NCBI GenBank assembly: GCA_036676455.1
Contig: JAKFCW010000021.1
Location: forward strand, 21,367-85,366
Length of the DNA: 64,000 bases
Direction of reading: 5' to 3'
Origin: Candidatus Sericytochromatia bacterium
GTDB taxonomy: Bacteria > Cyanobacteriota > Sericytochromatia > S15B-MN24 > UBA4093
Shown here: positions 1 to 12,060 of the stretch, piece after piece
Layout: each line of letters begins with the position of its first letter
Position numbering within the stretch: position 1 is the first letter of the stretch
Made by a program: the position numbers and the translations under genes
The notes under the pieces: generated by a model
What the model was told of the DNA's origin: nothing
Databases searched by the model: none
What the model saw: only the letters and a program-made list of their open reading frames with translations

Positions 1-499
1 CGTCGCCCGTTACCCCGAAGACCAGCGCCAGGCGGCGCTGCTGCCCACCCTCTGGCTCGCCCAGGAAGAATGGGGCTGGCTCAGCCCTGAGACCATGCGT
101 TACGTGGCCCAGCGGATCGGCGTGACTCCCGCGCACGTCCTGGGAGTCGCCACCTTCTACACCATGTTCCTCACCGAGAAGCCCGGCGAGCACCTGCTCG
201 AGGTCTGCACCTCGGTCAGCTGCTGCATGACCGGCGGCCGCGAGACCCTGCGCTCGCTCTGCGACAAGCTCGGCATCGAGCCCGGCCAGACCACGCCCGA
301 CGGCAAGTTCACCGTGCGTGCGGCCGAGTGCCTCGGATCGTGCGACACCTCGCCGATGATGCAGGTCGACAACGACGCCTACGTCGAGAACCTCAACGAG
401 GAGAAGCTGGTCGCCCTGATCTCGGAGCTCTCGGACAAGCCCTGGGGCACCCGTACCAAGCTGGCCAGCTTCACCGCCGCCGGCGATAGGAGGCTGTAA
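1..499 (+). CDS. nuoE: NADH-quinone oxidoreductase subunit E (NuoE), 5' end cut by window edge
   Basis: The frame of ORF 95..499 stays open upstream to base 2 (VARYPEDQRQAALLPTLWLAQEEWGWL...). 2Fe-2S Cys motifs CTSVSC and CLGSC are present. nuoF follows directly. Confidence 0.9.
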   Translation, partial: VARYPEDQRQAALLPTLWLAQEEWGWLSPETMRYVAQRIGVTPAHVLGVATFYTMFLTEKPGEHLLEVCTSVSCCMTGGRETLRSLCDKLGIEPGQTTPDGKFTVRAAECLGSCDTSPMMQVDNDAYVENLNEEKLVALISELSDKPWGTRTKLASFTAAGDRRL

Positions 500-1798
500 A
501 TGGCGTTCCAGAAAGTCGTTTCCCGCCACTTCGACGTCCCCAACGCGCATGACATCGCGGTTTACGAGTCGCTCGGAGGCTATCAGGCCGCCCGTAAGGC
601 GCTCGCCATGGAGCCCGGGGCCATCATCGAGGAAGTCAAGACCTCCGGCCTGCGCGGCCGCGGCGGCGCCGGCTTCCCCGCGGGCATGAAGTGGAGCTTC
701 ATCCCCAAGGATTCGCCCAAGCCCAAGTACCTGGTCGTCAACTCGGACGAGTCCGAGCCCGGCACCTTCAAGGACCGCAAGCTCATCGAGTGCGATCCCC
801 ACAGCCTGATCGAGGGTGTGATCATCTCCTGCTTCGCCTTCGGCTCGCACCAGGCCTACATCTACATCCGCGGCGAGTTCAACCAGCAGCGGATCCACCT
901 CAACGACGCCATCCAGCAGGCCTACGACAAGGGCTACCTGGGCGACAACGTCTTCGGCACCGGCTACACGATCCACCTCAGCACCCACCGCGGCGCGGGC
1001 GCGTACATCTGCGGCGAGGAAACCGCCCTGCTGGAGTCGCTGGAAGGCAAGAAGGGCCAGCCCCGGCTGAAGCCTCCCTTCCCCGCGACCCACGGCCTCT
1101 TCCAGTCGCCGACGGTGGTCAACAACGTCGAGACCATCGCCACCGTGCCCTGGATCATCGCCAACGGCGGCGCGGCCTACGCCGCGATGGGCACCGAGAA
1201 GGCCAAGGGCACCCGCCTGATGTCCGTCTCGGGCCACATCAACAAGCCCGGCGTCTACGAGATCGAGATGGGCATGCCGTTCAAGGACTTCCTGGCCGAG
1301 AACCTCGGGGGCGTCTGGAAGGGCCGCACGCTCAAGGCCGTCATCCCCGGCGGCTCGTCCTGCCCGATCCTGACGGCCGAAGAGGCGATGAACCTGACCC
1401 TGGATCCCGAGGCGATCGCCGCCATCGGCTCCATGGCCGGCTCCGGCGGCATGATGGTCATCGACGACCAGACCTGCATGGTCGACCTCCTGGAGGACCT
1501 CACGCACTTCTACGCGCACGAGTCCTGCGGCCAGTGCACTCCCTGCCGGGAAGGCACCGACTGGCTCTACAAGATCATCCGCCGGATCGAGTCCGGGCGC
1601 GGCACCGCCCAGGACCTGGACGACATCCTGGACATCGCGGACAACATGGAGGGCAAGACCATCTGCGCCCTCGCCGCCGCCGCGACCATGCCCACCCGCT
1701 CCTACATCAAGAAGTTCCGCGACGAGTTCGTCGCTCACTTCGAGCACCGGGGTTGCCCCTACAAGCAGGCCAAAGTCCCTGCCGGCGCCGGCGCCTAG
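500..1798 (+). CDS. nuoF: NADH-quinone oxidoreductase subunit F (NuoF)
   Basis: 432 aa with the FMN/NADH-site motif GLRGRGGAGFPAGMKW and the 4Fe-4S motif ESCGQCTPCREG. The start abuts the nuoE stop. Confidence 0.95.
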   Translation: MAFQKVVSRHFDVPNAHDIAVYESLGGYQAARKALAMEPGAIIEEVKTSGLRGRGGAGFPAGMKWSFIPKDSPKPKYLVVNSDESEPGTFKDRKLIECDPHSLIEGVIISCFAFGSHQAYIYIRGEFNQQRIHLNDAIQQAYDKGYLGDNVFGTGYTIHLSTHRGAGAYICGEETALLESLEGKKGQPRLKPPFPATHGLFQSPTVVNNVETIATVPWIIANGGAAYAAMGTEKAKGTRLMSVSGHINKPGVYEIEMGMPFKDFLAENLGGVWKGRTLKAVIPGGSSCPILTAEEAMNLTLDPEAIAAIGSMAGSGGMMVIDDQTCMVDLLEDLTHFYAHESCGQCTPCREGTDWLYKIIRRIESGRGTAQDLDDILDIADNMEGKTICALAAAATMPTRSYIKKFRDEFVAHFEHRGCPYKQAKVPAGAGA

Positions 1799-1814
1799 CG
1801 AGGAATGACAATCA

Positions 1815-3401
<1,587 letters not shown>

Positions 3402-3407
3402 GAGGAC

Positions 3408-4724
3408 ATGATGACCGGCAACACGGCACTCGACATCACCATCATCGTCCTTCGGGCCATCGTCGCGCTCCTCCTGGTGCTCGGCCCCGTGCCCATCCTG
3501 ATCTACTTCGAGCGCAAGGTCTCGGCCCTGATCCAGGACCGGACCGGCCCGAACCGCGCCCACATCGGACCCTTCCGCCTCGCGGGCATGGTCTTCTTCC
3601 TGGCGGACGCCGTGAAGCTCCTCTTCAAGGAAGACCTCACCCCCCGGGCGGTCAACAAGTTCTACTTCTACCTGGCCCCCTTCATCATCGTCACGGTCGC
3701 CTTCTCGACCTTCGCGATCATCCCCTGGGCCGACACGCTGAACGTGGGCGGCGCCTCGATCCCGATGCAGGCCCTCACGCTCAACGCCGGCATCCTCTGG
3801 TTCCTCGCCCTGACCTCGCTTTCGGTCTACGGCGTGGTGCTGGCCGGCTGGGCCAGCAACACCAAGTACTCGCTGCTCGGCTCGATCCGCGCCACCTCGC
3901 AGATGGTCTCCTACGAGATCCCGATGGGCCTCAGCCTCATCGGCCTCCTGATGACCTTCGGCACCTTGCAGCTCAACGAGATGGTCGTGCAGCAGGGGCG
4001 CATGATCGAGGTCCTTGGCGTGACCCTGCCGATTCCGGCCTGGGGCATCCTCCTGCAGCCGCTGGGCTTCCTGATCTTCCTGATTGCGGCCTTCGCCGAG
4101 ACCAACCGCAACCCCTTCGACCTCGCCGAGGACGAAGGCTCGCTGGTCGCCGGCTTCCACACCGAGTACTCCTCGATGAAGTTCGCCCTGATCTTCCTGG
4201 GTGAGTACGCGGCCATCATGGTGTCCTCGGGCATCATCTCCACGCTCTTCCTGGGCGGCTGGCAGATCCCGTACCTGCCGACCGAGGCCCTCATCGCCCA
4301 CGCTCCGCTGCTGATCCAGATCTCGCTCGCGATCGGCGTCGTGGTCCTCGCGCTCACGACGGCTCGCCTCTACAAGTGGTACCGCGACATGCAGGGTCAG
4401 TTCGGAGACATCCGCGACCAGGAAGGTCTCTGGCTGGCGGTCATCACCGGCGGCCTGGCCGTCGTCTGCGCCGCCGCGCTCGGCTTCTTCCTGGCCGTTC
4501 CGCTGCCCGAATGGGGGCCTGCGGTCTTCGCGATGCTCGCGCAGTTCGGCATCTTCATGGCCAAAGTCATGTTCATCGCCTTCGTCTTCATCTGGGTCCG
4601 CTGGACGCTCCCGCGCTTCCGCTACGACCAGCTGATGAACCTGGGCTGGAAAACGCTGCTGCCCCTGGCCCTCGCCAACATCCTGCTCACCGGGATTGGC
4701 CTGGTCCTCGTGCAGCGCCTGTAA
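3408..4724 (+). CDS. nuoH: NADH-quinone oxidoreductase subunit H (NuoH), with internal insertion
   Basis: 438 aa polytopic protein with FAETNRNPFDLAEDEGSLVAGFHTEYS and LPRFRYDQLMNLGWK motifs. An extra hydrophobic segment sits between LFLGGW and the FIWVRWTLPR helix. Confidence 0.93.
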   Translation: MMTGNTALDITIIVLRAIVALLLVLGPVPILIYFERKVSALIQDRTGPNRAHIGPFRLAGMVFFLADAVKLLFKEDLTPRAVNKFYFYLAPFIIVTVAFSTFAIIPWADTLNVGGASIPMQALTLNAGILWFLALTSLSVYGVVLAGWASNTKYSLLGSIRATSQMVSYEIPMGLSLIGLLMTFGTLQLNEMVVQQGRMIEVLGVTLPIPAWGILLQPLGFLIFLIAAFAETNRNPFDLAEDEGSLVAGFHTEYSSMKFALIFLGEYAAIMVSSGIISTLFLGGWQIPYLPTEALIAHAPLLIQISLAIGVVVLALTTARLYKWYRDMQGQFGDIRDQEGLWLAVITGGLAVVCAAALGFFLAVPLPEWGPAVFAMLAQFGIFMAKVMFIAFVFIWVRWTLPRFRYDQLMNLGWKTLLPLALANILLTGIGLVLVQRL

Positions 4725-4733
4725 GGGGGCCTT

Positions 4734-5231
4734 ATGAAAGTCGCTCGTCCACAAAACGATTTCGCCGAGAGGCTCTACCTGCCGGCGGTCGTGAAGGGAA
4801 TGGGGATCACCATCCGCCACTTCCTGAGAAACCTCGTCCGTCCCAGCGGGATGGAGACGCTGCAATATCCGGAACAGACCAAGAACATGCCCGCGGGCTA
4901 CCGCGGCAAGCACCGCCTCACCAAGCGTGAGGACGGCTCGGTCCGCTGCGTCGCCTGCTTCATGTGCGCGACCGCCTGCCCCGCCGACTGCATCCACATC
5001 GTCGCCGAGGACGTCGGCAAGCACGACGTCGAGAAGGCTCCCAAGAGCTTCGACATCGACCTGCTGAAGTGCGTCTTCTGCGGCATGTGCGTCGAGGCCT
5101 GCCCGGTGGACGCCATCCGCATGGATTCCGGTCAGTACACCATCGCCGACTTCAACCGCAAGGACTTCGTCATCAGCAAGGAACAGCTGATGGCCGTGGA
5201 ACCCGCCTTGCCCAAGCAGCAGCAGAAGTAG
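4734..5231 (+). CDS. nuoI: NADH-quinone oxidoreductase subunit I (NuoI)
   Basis: Two 4Fe-4S ferredoxin motifs, CVACFMCATACP and CVFCGMCVEACP. Position in the operon supports the call. Confidence 0.93.
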   Translation: MKVARPQNDFAERLYLPAVVKGMGITIRHFLRNLVRPSGMETLQYPEQTKNMPAGYRGKHRLTKREDGSVRCVACFMCATACPADCIHIVAEDVGKHDVEKAPKSFDIDLLKCVFCGMCVEACPVDAIRMDSGQYTIADFNRKDFVISKEQLMAVEPALPKQQQK

Positions 5232-5244
5232 GAGCCCCGACGCA

Positions 5245-5778
5245 ATGGAACCCACAGCCTTCCAAACTGGCCTCCAGTCCGTCCTCTTCGGCATCCTATC
5301 GCTGGTTGCCGTCGTGGGCGCCCTGGTGACCATCACCCGCCGGCATCCGCTGCCGGCCGCCCTCTCGCTCGTCGTGACCTTCATCGGCCTCGCGGGCCTG
5401 TACGCCCTCTTATCCGCGCCCCTGCTAGCCGTCCTCCAGATCCTGGTCTACGCGGGCGCCATCATGGCCCTGGTCGTCTTCGTCATCATGTTGCTGAACG
5501 TCCAGGAGCAGGACCTGCCCATCAACGAGAACGTCGGCAAGTCCGTCTCCCTGGCACTGGCCGCGATCGCCCCGGTCTTCCTGATCTTCTGGGCCGTCCT
5601 CGGCAAGCTACCCGGTGACCAGACGCTCGCCAACACCCCGGTGCCTGCCGACTTCGGCACCATCGAGGTCCTGGGCAAGTTCCTCTACACCAACTACCTC
5701 TTCGCTTTCGAGTCCGTCGCCATCCTCCTGACCGTCGCTCTGGTCGGAGTGGTGATTCTCGCAAAGCGCCGAATCTAG
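5245..5778 (+). CDS. nuoJ: NADH-quinone oxidoreductase subunit J (NuoJ)
   Basis: 177 aa hydrophobic protein lying between nuoI and nuoK. Confidence 0.88.
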   Translation: MEPTAFQTGLQSVLFGILSLVAVVGALVTITRRHPLPAALSLVVTFIGLAGLYALLSAPLLAVLQILVYAGAIMALVVFVIMLLNVQEQDLPINENVGKSVSLALAAIAPVFLIFWAVLGKLPGDQTLANTPVPADFGTIEVLGKFLYTNYLFAFESVAILLTVALVGVVILAKRRI

Positions 5779-5787
5779 GAGGCTCTG

Positions 5788-6090
5788 ATGCTCACCATGT
5801 CCCATTTCCTCCTCGTGAGCGCCGCCCTCTTCAGCGTCGGCGTCGCGGGAGTCCTGAGCCGGAAGAACCTGTTCATCGTGTTCCTCAGCATCGAATTGAT
5901 GCTCAACGCCGTGAACCTGAGCTTCGTGACCTTCGCTCGCTTCCTGGGGCAGCTCGACGGCCAGATCTTCACCTTCCTGGTGATGGCCGTCGCCGCCGCT
6001 GAGGCCGCGATCGGTCTGGCCATCGTGATCCTCCTGTTCAAGAACAAGGAGTCGTTGAGCGTCGACGACTTCAAGCTGATGAAGGAATAG
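5788..6090 (+). CDS. nuoK: NADH-quinone oxidoreductase subunit K (NuoK)
   Basis: 100 aa three-helix protein (SIELMLNAVNLSF, AAAEAAIGLAIV), typical of NuoK/ND4L. Confidence 0.9.
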   Translation: MLTMSHFLLVSAALFSVGVAGVLSRKNLFIVFLSIELMLNAVNLSFVTFARFLGQLDGQIFTFLVMAVAAAEAAIGLAIVILLFKNKESLSVDDFKLMKE

Positions 6091-6098
6091 ACCGCGCC

Positions 6099-8117
<2,019 letters not shown>

Positions 8118-8127
8118 GGATGCACCG

Positions 8128-9687
8128 ATGAGCCACCTACTCTCGATTCTCATCCTGCTTCCGGTCATGGCGAGCTTGGGCATGCTGCTCATCCCCGCCG
8201 ACCGGAAGCCGGTGATCAAAACCTGGGCCCTCGGCGCCAGCCTTCTCAACCTGGCGCTGGGACTCGGCCTCTGGTTCGGGTTCAAGCCCGAGGCCGGCTT
8301 CCAGTTCGCCGAAAAGGCCGACTGGCTGCCCTCCCTCGGCATCTCCTACCACATCGGCGTCGACGGCCTCTCGCTGCTGATCGCGATGCTCACCCTGATC
8401 CTCACCCCGGTCGCCATCCTGGCCTCCTGGAACCGGATCCAGCACAAGCTGCGCGGCTACTACGCCTGCATGCTGCTGCTCGGCAGCGGCATGCTCGGCG
8501 CCGTCGTCGCCCGCGACCTCTTCCTGTTCTACGTCTTCTGGGAAGTCATGCTCCTGCCGATGTTCTTCATGATCGGCGTCTGGGGCGGCGAGAAGCGCGT
8601 CTTCGCCACGACGAAGTTCGTCGTCTACACCCTCGTCGGCTCGCTGCTGATGTTCCTGGCGATCCTCTACGTCTACTTCAAGCACCAGGCCCTCAACGGC
8701 ACCTGGACCTTCGACATCCCCTCGCTGTACGCCCTGTCGTACAGCCCCACCGAGATGTGGCTGCTTTTCGGCGCGTTCTTCCTGGCCTTCGCCATCAAGA
8801 CGCCCGTCTGGCCCTTCCACAGCTGGCTGCCCGACGCCTACACCCAGGCCCCGACCCCCGCGACCTTCATGCTCTCGGCGGTCATGGCCAAGATCGGCGC
8901 CTACGGCTTCCTGCGCTTCCTCATCCCGATGTTCCCGGAGGCCACCCGGACGGCGGCTCCCTTCATCATGCTCCTCGGCATGTTCGGGCTCCTTTACGGC
9001 GCCTGGATCGCCCTCGTGCAGACCGACGCCAAGCGCCTCATCGCCTACTCGTCCTTGTCGCACATGTCGATCATCGTCATGGGCATCTTCGCCCTCAACC
9101 AGTTCGGCATCACGGGCTCGGTGTTCTACTTCATGGCCCACGCCATGGCCACCGGCGCCCTGTTCCTACTGGTCATGATGCTCGCCGAGCGGCGCGGCAC
9201 CCGCGAGATCGCCCAGTTCGGCGGCATCGCGAAGGCCGCTCCCTGGCTGACCGTCGCCTTCATCTTCATCACGATGGCCTCGGTGGGCCTGCCCGGCCTC
9301 AACGGCTTCGTCGGCGAGTTCCTCATGCTGATGGGCGCCTACGGCGCCGCCAACCCCATCGGCGTCATCGCCACCACCGGCGTCATCTGGAGCGCCTGCT
9401 ACATGCTCTGGCTGGTCTCGCGGATCTTCTTCGGCGAGATCACCCGCCCCGAGAACCAGGGCTTCAAGGACCTCACCCTCCGCGAAGCGTTCATCATCCT
9501 GCCCTTGGCCGCCCTCATCGCCTGGACCGGTTTCTACCCCCAGACGGTGCTGTCCAAGGTCGAGCCCTCGGTGCAGGCCTTCCTGCAGCAGACCGGCTTC
9601 GCCGCGGCCGTCGAGGCCAAGGCCGCCCCTGCCGACGGCGAGTCCCACACCCCCGCTGCCCCCGCCGCTCACGCGGACGGGCACTAG
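8128..9687 (+). CDS. nuoM: NADH-quinone oxidoreductase subunit M (NuoM)
   Basis: 519 aa antiporter-like subunit (FAIKTPVWPFHSWLPDAYTQAPTP, LIAYSSLSHM). Confidence 0.93.
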   Translation: MSHLLSILILLPVMASLGMLLIPADRKPVIKTWALGASLLNLALGLGLWFGFKPEAGFQFAEKADWLPSLGISYHIGVDGLSLLIAMLTLILTPVAILASWNRIQHKLRGYYACMLLLGSGMLGAVVARDLFLFYVFWEVMLLPMFFMIGVWGGEKRVFATTKFVVYTLVGSLLMFLAILYVYFKHQALNGTWTFDIPSLYALSYSPTEMWLLFGAFFLAFAIKTPVWPFHSWLPDAYTQAPTPATFMLSAVMAKIGAYGFLRFLIPMFPEATRTAAPFIMLLGMFGLLYGAWIALVQTDAKRLIAYSSLSHMSIIVMGIFALNQFGITGSVFYFMAHAMATGALFLLVMMLAERRGTREIAQFGGIAKAAPWLTVAFIFITMASVGLPGLNGFVGEFLMLMGAYGAANPIGVIATTGVIWSACYMLWLVSRIFFGEITRPENQGFKDLTLREAFIILPLAALIAWTGFYPQTVLSKVEPSVQAFLQQTGFAAAVEAKAAPADGESHTPAAPAAHADGH

Positions 9688-9699
9688 GGAGGAGACCCC

Positions 9700-11202
9700 A
9701 TGTCATTTGACCTCAATCAACTCGTCCAGATCCTGCCCCTGCTGATGGTGGTGGTCTTCGGACTCTTCCTGCCCCTGGTCGCCCCCGTCCTCCCCGCGGA
9801 GAAGAAGGGCTACTTCATGGGCTGGATCTCGTTCGTCGCCCTGTTGCTCACCGCCGGCGTGGCCTTGGCCCAGCTGGCGGGCAAGCCCTCGGGCGAGCCC
9901 ATCTTCCACGGCCTCTTCGCCATGGACACCTACGCGCTGTTCTTCACGCTGCTGTTCCTGGCCTGCGGCGCCATCACCGCCATCGTCACCACCTACTACC
10001 TGCCGCGCGAGCAGATGGGCCATGAGGAGTTCTACGCCCTCATGTTCTTCTCCATCGCCGGCATGATCGTCCTGGCGGGTGGCACCAGCCTCATCTCGCT
10101 CTTCCTGGGCGTGGAGATCATGTCGATGGCGGTCTACGCCCTCGCGGGCTTCCGCCGCTGGTCGCTGCGCTCCAACGAGTCGGTCCTGAAGTACTTCTTC
10201 CTCGGCTCGTTCTCGTCGGCCATCCTCCTGTTCGGCGTCGCCCTGATCTACGGCGCCACCGGCACCACCCAGCTGGCCGGCATCGCCGACTGGCTGACCG
10301 CTGGCGGCGGTGCCTTGATGCCCCTGTTCATCATGGGCATGGGCCTCGCCATCATCGGCATGGGCTTCAAGGTCGCCGCGGCGCCCTTCCACACCTGGAC
10401 GCCCGACGTCTACGAGGGCGCCCCGGCTCCCGTCACCGGCTTCATGGCCACCGCCGTGAAGGCCGCCTCCTTCGCCTTCTTCCTGCGCGTCATGCAGACG
10501 GGCTTCATGCCCGCCAAGGCGGAGTGGGTCCAGGTCCTCGCGGCCCTGGCCGTGCTCACCATGTTCACGGGCAACATCCTCGCCTTCGTGCAGCCCAACA
10601 TCAAGCGCATGCTGGCCTACTCGAGCATCGCCCACACCGGCTACATGCTCATGGGCCTGGTCGCCCTGTCGCCTAGCGCCGAGAACGCCGCCGGCAGCGC
10701 GATCCTCTACTACCTGGTCGCCTACTCGCTCACCAACCTCGGCATCTTCGCCTGCATCTCGTTCCTCTCCAAGCAGGGCGAGAAGCTGGTCAACATCGAG
10801 GACTACGCGGGCGTCGCCCAGAAGTACCCCTGGATCGCCCTGGCCATCGCGATCTGCATGTTCTCGCTGATCGGTCTGCCGCCCACCGCTGGCTTCTTCG
10901 GGAAGTACTACCTCTTCACCGCCGTCGTCCAGCAGGGCTACGCCTGGCTCGCCATCATCGGCATCATCAACTCGATCCTGAGCGTCTACTACTACCTCCG
11001 GGTCGTCGTCACGATGTACATGAAGGAGCCGACGGCCGACTGGACCGGCGTCTCCGGCCTCAAGCTCACCCGGCTGGCCGTCACCATCTGCGTGGTCGCC
11101 ATCCTCTGGGCGGGCATCGGCTCGTTCAACCTGCTCGCCGTCTTCCCCGGCGCCGAGCCCCTGCTGAGCGCCGCGCGCGACTCGGTCAGCTCGTTGTTCT
11201 AG
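9700..11202 (+). CDS. nuoN: NADH-quinone oxidoreductase subunit N (NuoN)
   Basis: 500 aa antiporter-like subunit (FKVAAAPFHTWTPDVYEGAPAPVTGF, MLAYSSIAHTGYM). It is the last gene of the block. Confidence 0.93.
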   Translation: MSFDLNQLVQILPLLMVVVFGLFLPLVAPVLPAEKKGYFMGWISFVALLLTAGVALAQLAGKPSGEPIFHGLFAMDTYALFFTLLFLACGAITAIVTTYYLPREQMGHEEFYALMFFSIAGMIVLAGGTSLISLFLGVEIMSMAVYALAGFRRWSLRSNESVLKYFFLGSFSSAILLFGVALIYGATGTTQLAGIADWLTAGGGALMPLFIMGMGLAIIGMGFKVAAAPFHTWTPDVYEGAPAPVTGFMATAVKAASFAFFLRVMQTGFMPAKAEWVQVLAALAVLTMFTGNILAFVQPNIKRMLAYSSIAHTGYMLMGLVALSPSAENAAGSAILYYLVAYSLTNLGIFACISFLSKQGEKLVNIEDYAGVAQKYPWIALAIAICMFSLIGLPPTAGFFGKYYLFTAVVQQGYAWLAIIGIINSILSVYYYLRVVVTMYMKEPTADWTGVSGLKLTRLAVTICVVAILWAGIGSFNLLAVFPGAEPLLSAARDSVSSLF

Positions 11203-11215
11203 TCCCAAACCCAAT

Positions 11216-11250
11216 CAGGCCCCTGAGCGAACGCTCAGGGGCCTGTTCTC
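11216..11250. terminator. Hairpin terminator between convergent nuoN and the hdeD-like gene
   Basis: Perfect inverted repeat caggcccctgagcg / cgctcaggggcctg (11216..11229 and 11232..11245), followed by gttctc. Confidence 0.6.
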
Positions 11251-11257
11251 ATGCGGA

Positions 11258-11884
11258 TCACTTCTCAATCCGCTCGCGCCGCTCCTCGGGAATCATCGTC
11301 GCGACCAGCCGCGGCTCGGCAACCGCCTTGAGGCTGCGCAGCCTCATGCCCATGGCAATCGAGGCGGCTCCCATGGCGATCGCGAAGACACCAATCAGCC
11401 ACGCGATCGCCAGCGCGCCGATCCCGGGGTTCAGCATGACCCCGAAGCCGAACAGGGCCGCGATCGCCCCGGTGATGCCCAGGGCCAGCGCCCCGTCATG
11501 CTGGCGCTGCACGATGGCCGCGACGATCTGCGCCACGCCGATCACCAGGGCGTAGGCGGCGATGAAGGCCAGAAGCACGATGCTGGTGATACCCGGGTAG
11601 AAGAGCGTGGTCAGACCGGCGGCGACCCCCGCGAGGCCCACCACGAGCTGAAGCCACCAGGGCGTTGCATTCGCCCGCCGCGGCCCCGCCGTCACCTGCC
11701 GGCCGCCGCGCGATCTCCACAGCCCCACCAGGGCGACCACGCCGTCCGTCAGGGCGAAGACTCCGAACAGGATCACCATGGTGGCCAGCGCCAGTCCCGG
11801 CCAGAGAATGGCCAGGAAGCCGAACGCGATGGCCAGAACCCCGCGCAGCGTCGGAACCCACCAGCGATCCGCGATTGCGAGCAT
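11258..11884 (-). CDS. HdeD-family (DUF308-like) membrane protein
   Basis: 208 aa with repeated glycine-rich TM helices. The N-terminus WWVPTLRGVLAIAFGFLAILWPG is typical of the HdeD family. Confidence 0.7.
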   Translation of the reverse strand: MLAIADRWWVPTLRGVLAIAFGFLAILWPGLALATMVILFGVFALTDGVVALVGLWRSRGGRQVTAGPRRANATPWWLQLVVGLAGVAAGLTTLFYPGITSIVLLAFIAAYALVIGVAQIVAAIVQRQHDGALALGITGAIAALFGFGVMLNPGIGALAIAWLIGVFAIAMGAASIAMGMRLRSLKAVAEPRLVATMIPEERRERIEK

Positions 11885-12060
11885 GAGGCCGCCTCCTTTC
11901 GCGTCATTGACGTGTCTCGCGAAGGAGTCTAGTCCAATCCGATCCCGATGACACCACGCAACGAGAGGACAGCGCTCAGGAAAGGGCTGACAGCCACTCC
12001 CGGCCGCTGTCCACTCCTCGAACGCCCAAGCTCAACCTCGGCGCTCGCCAAGCTCCAGGG

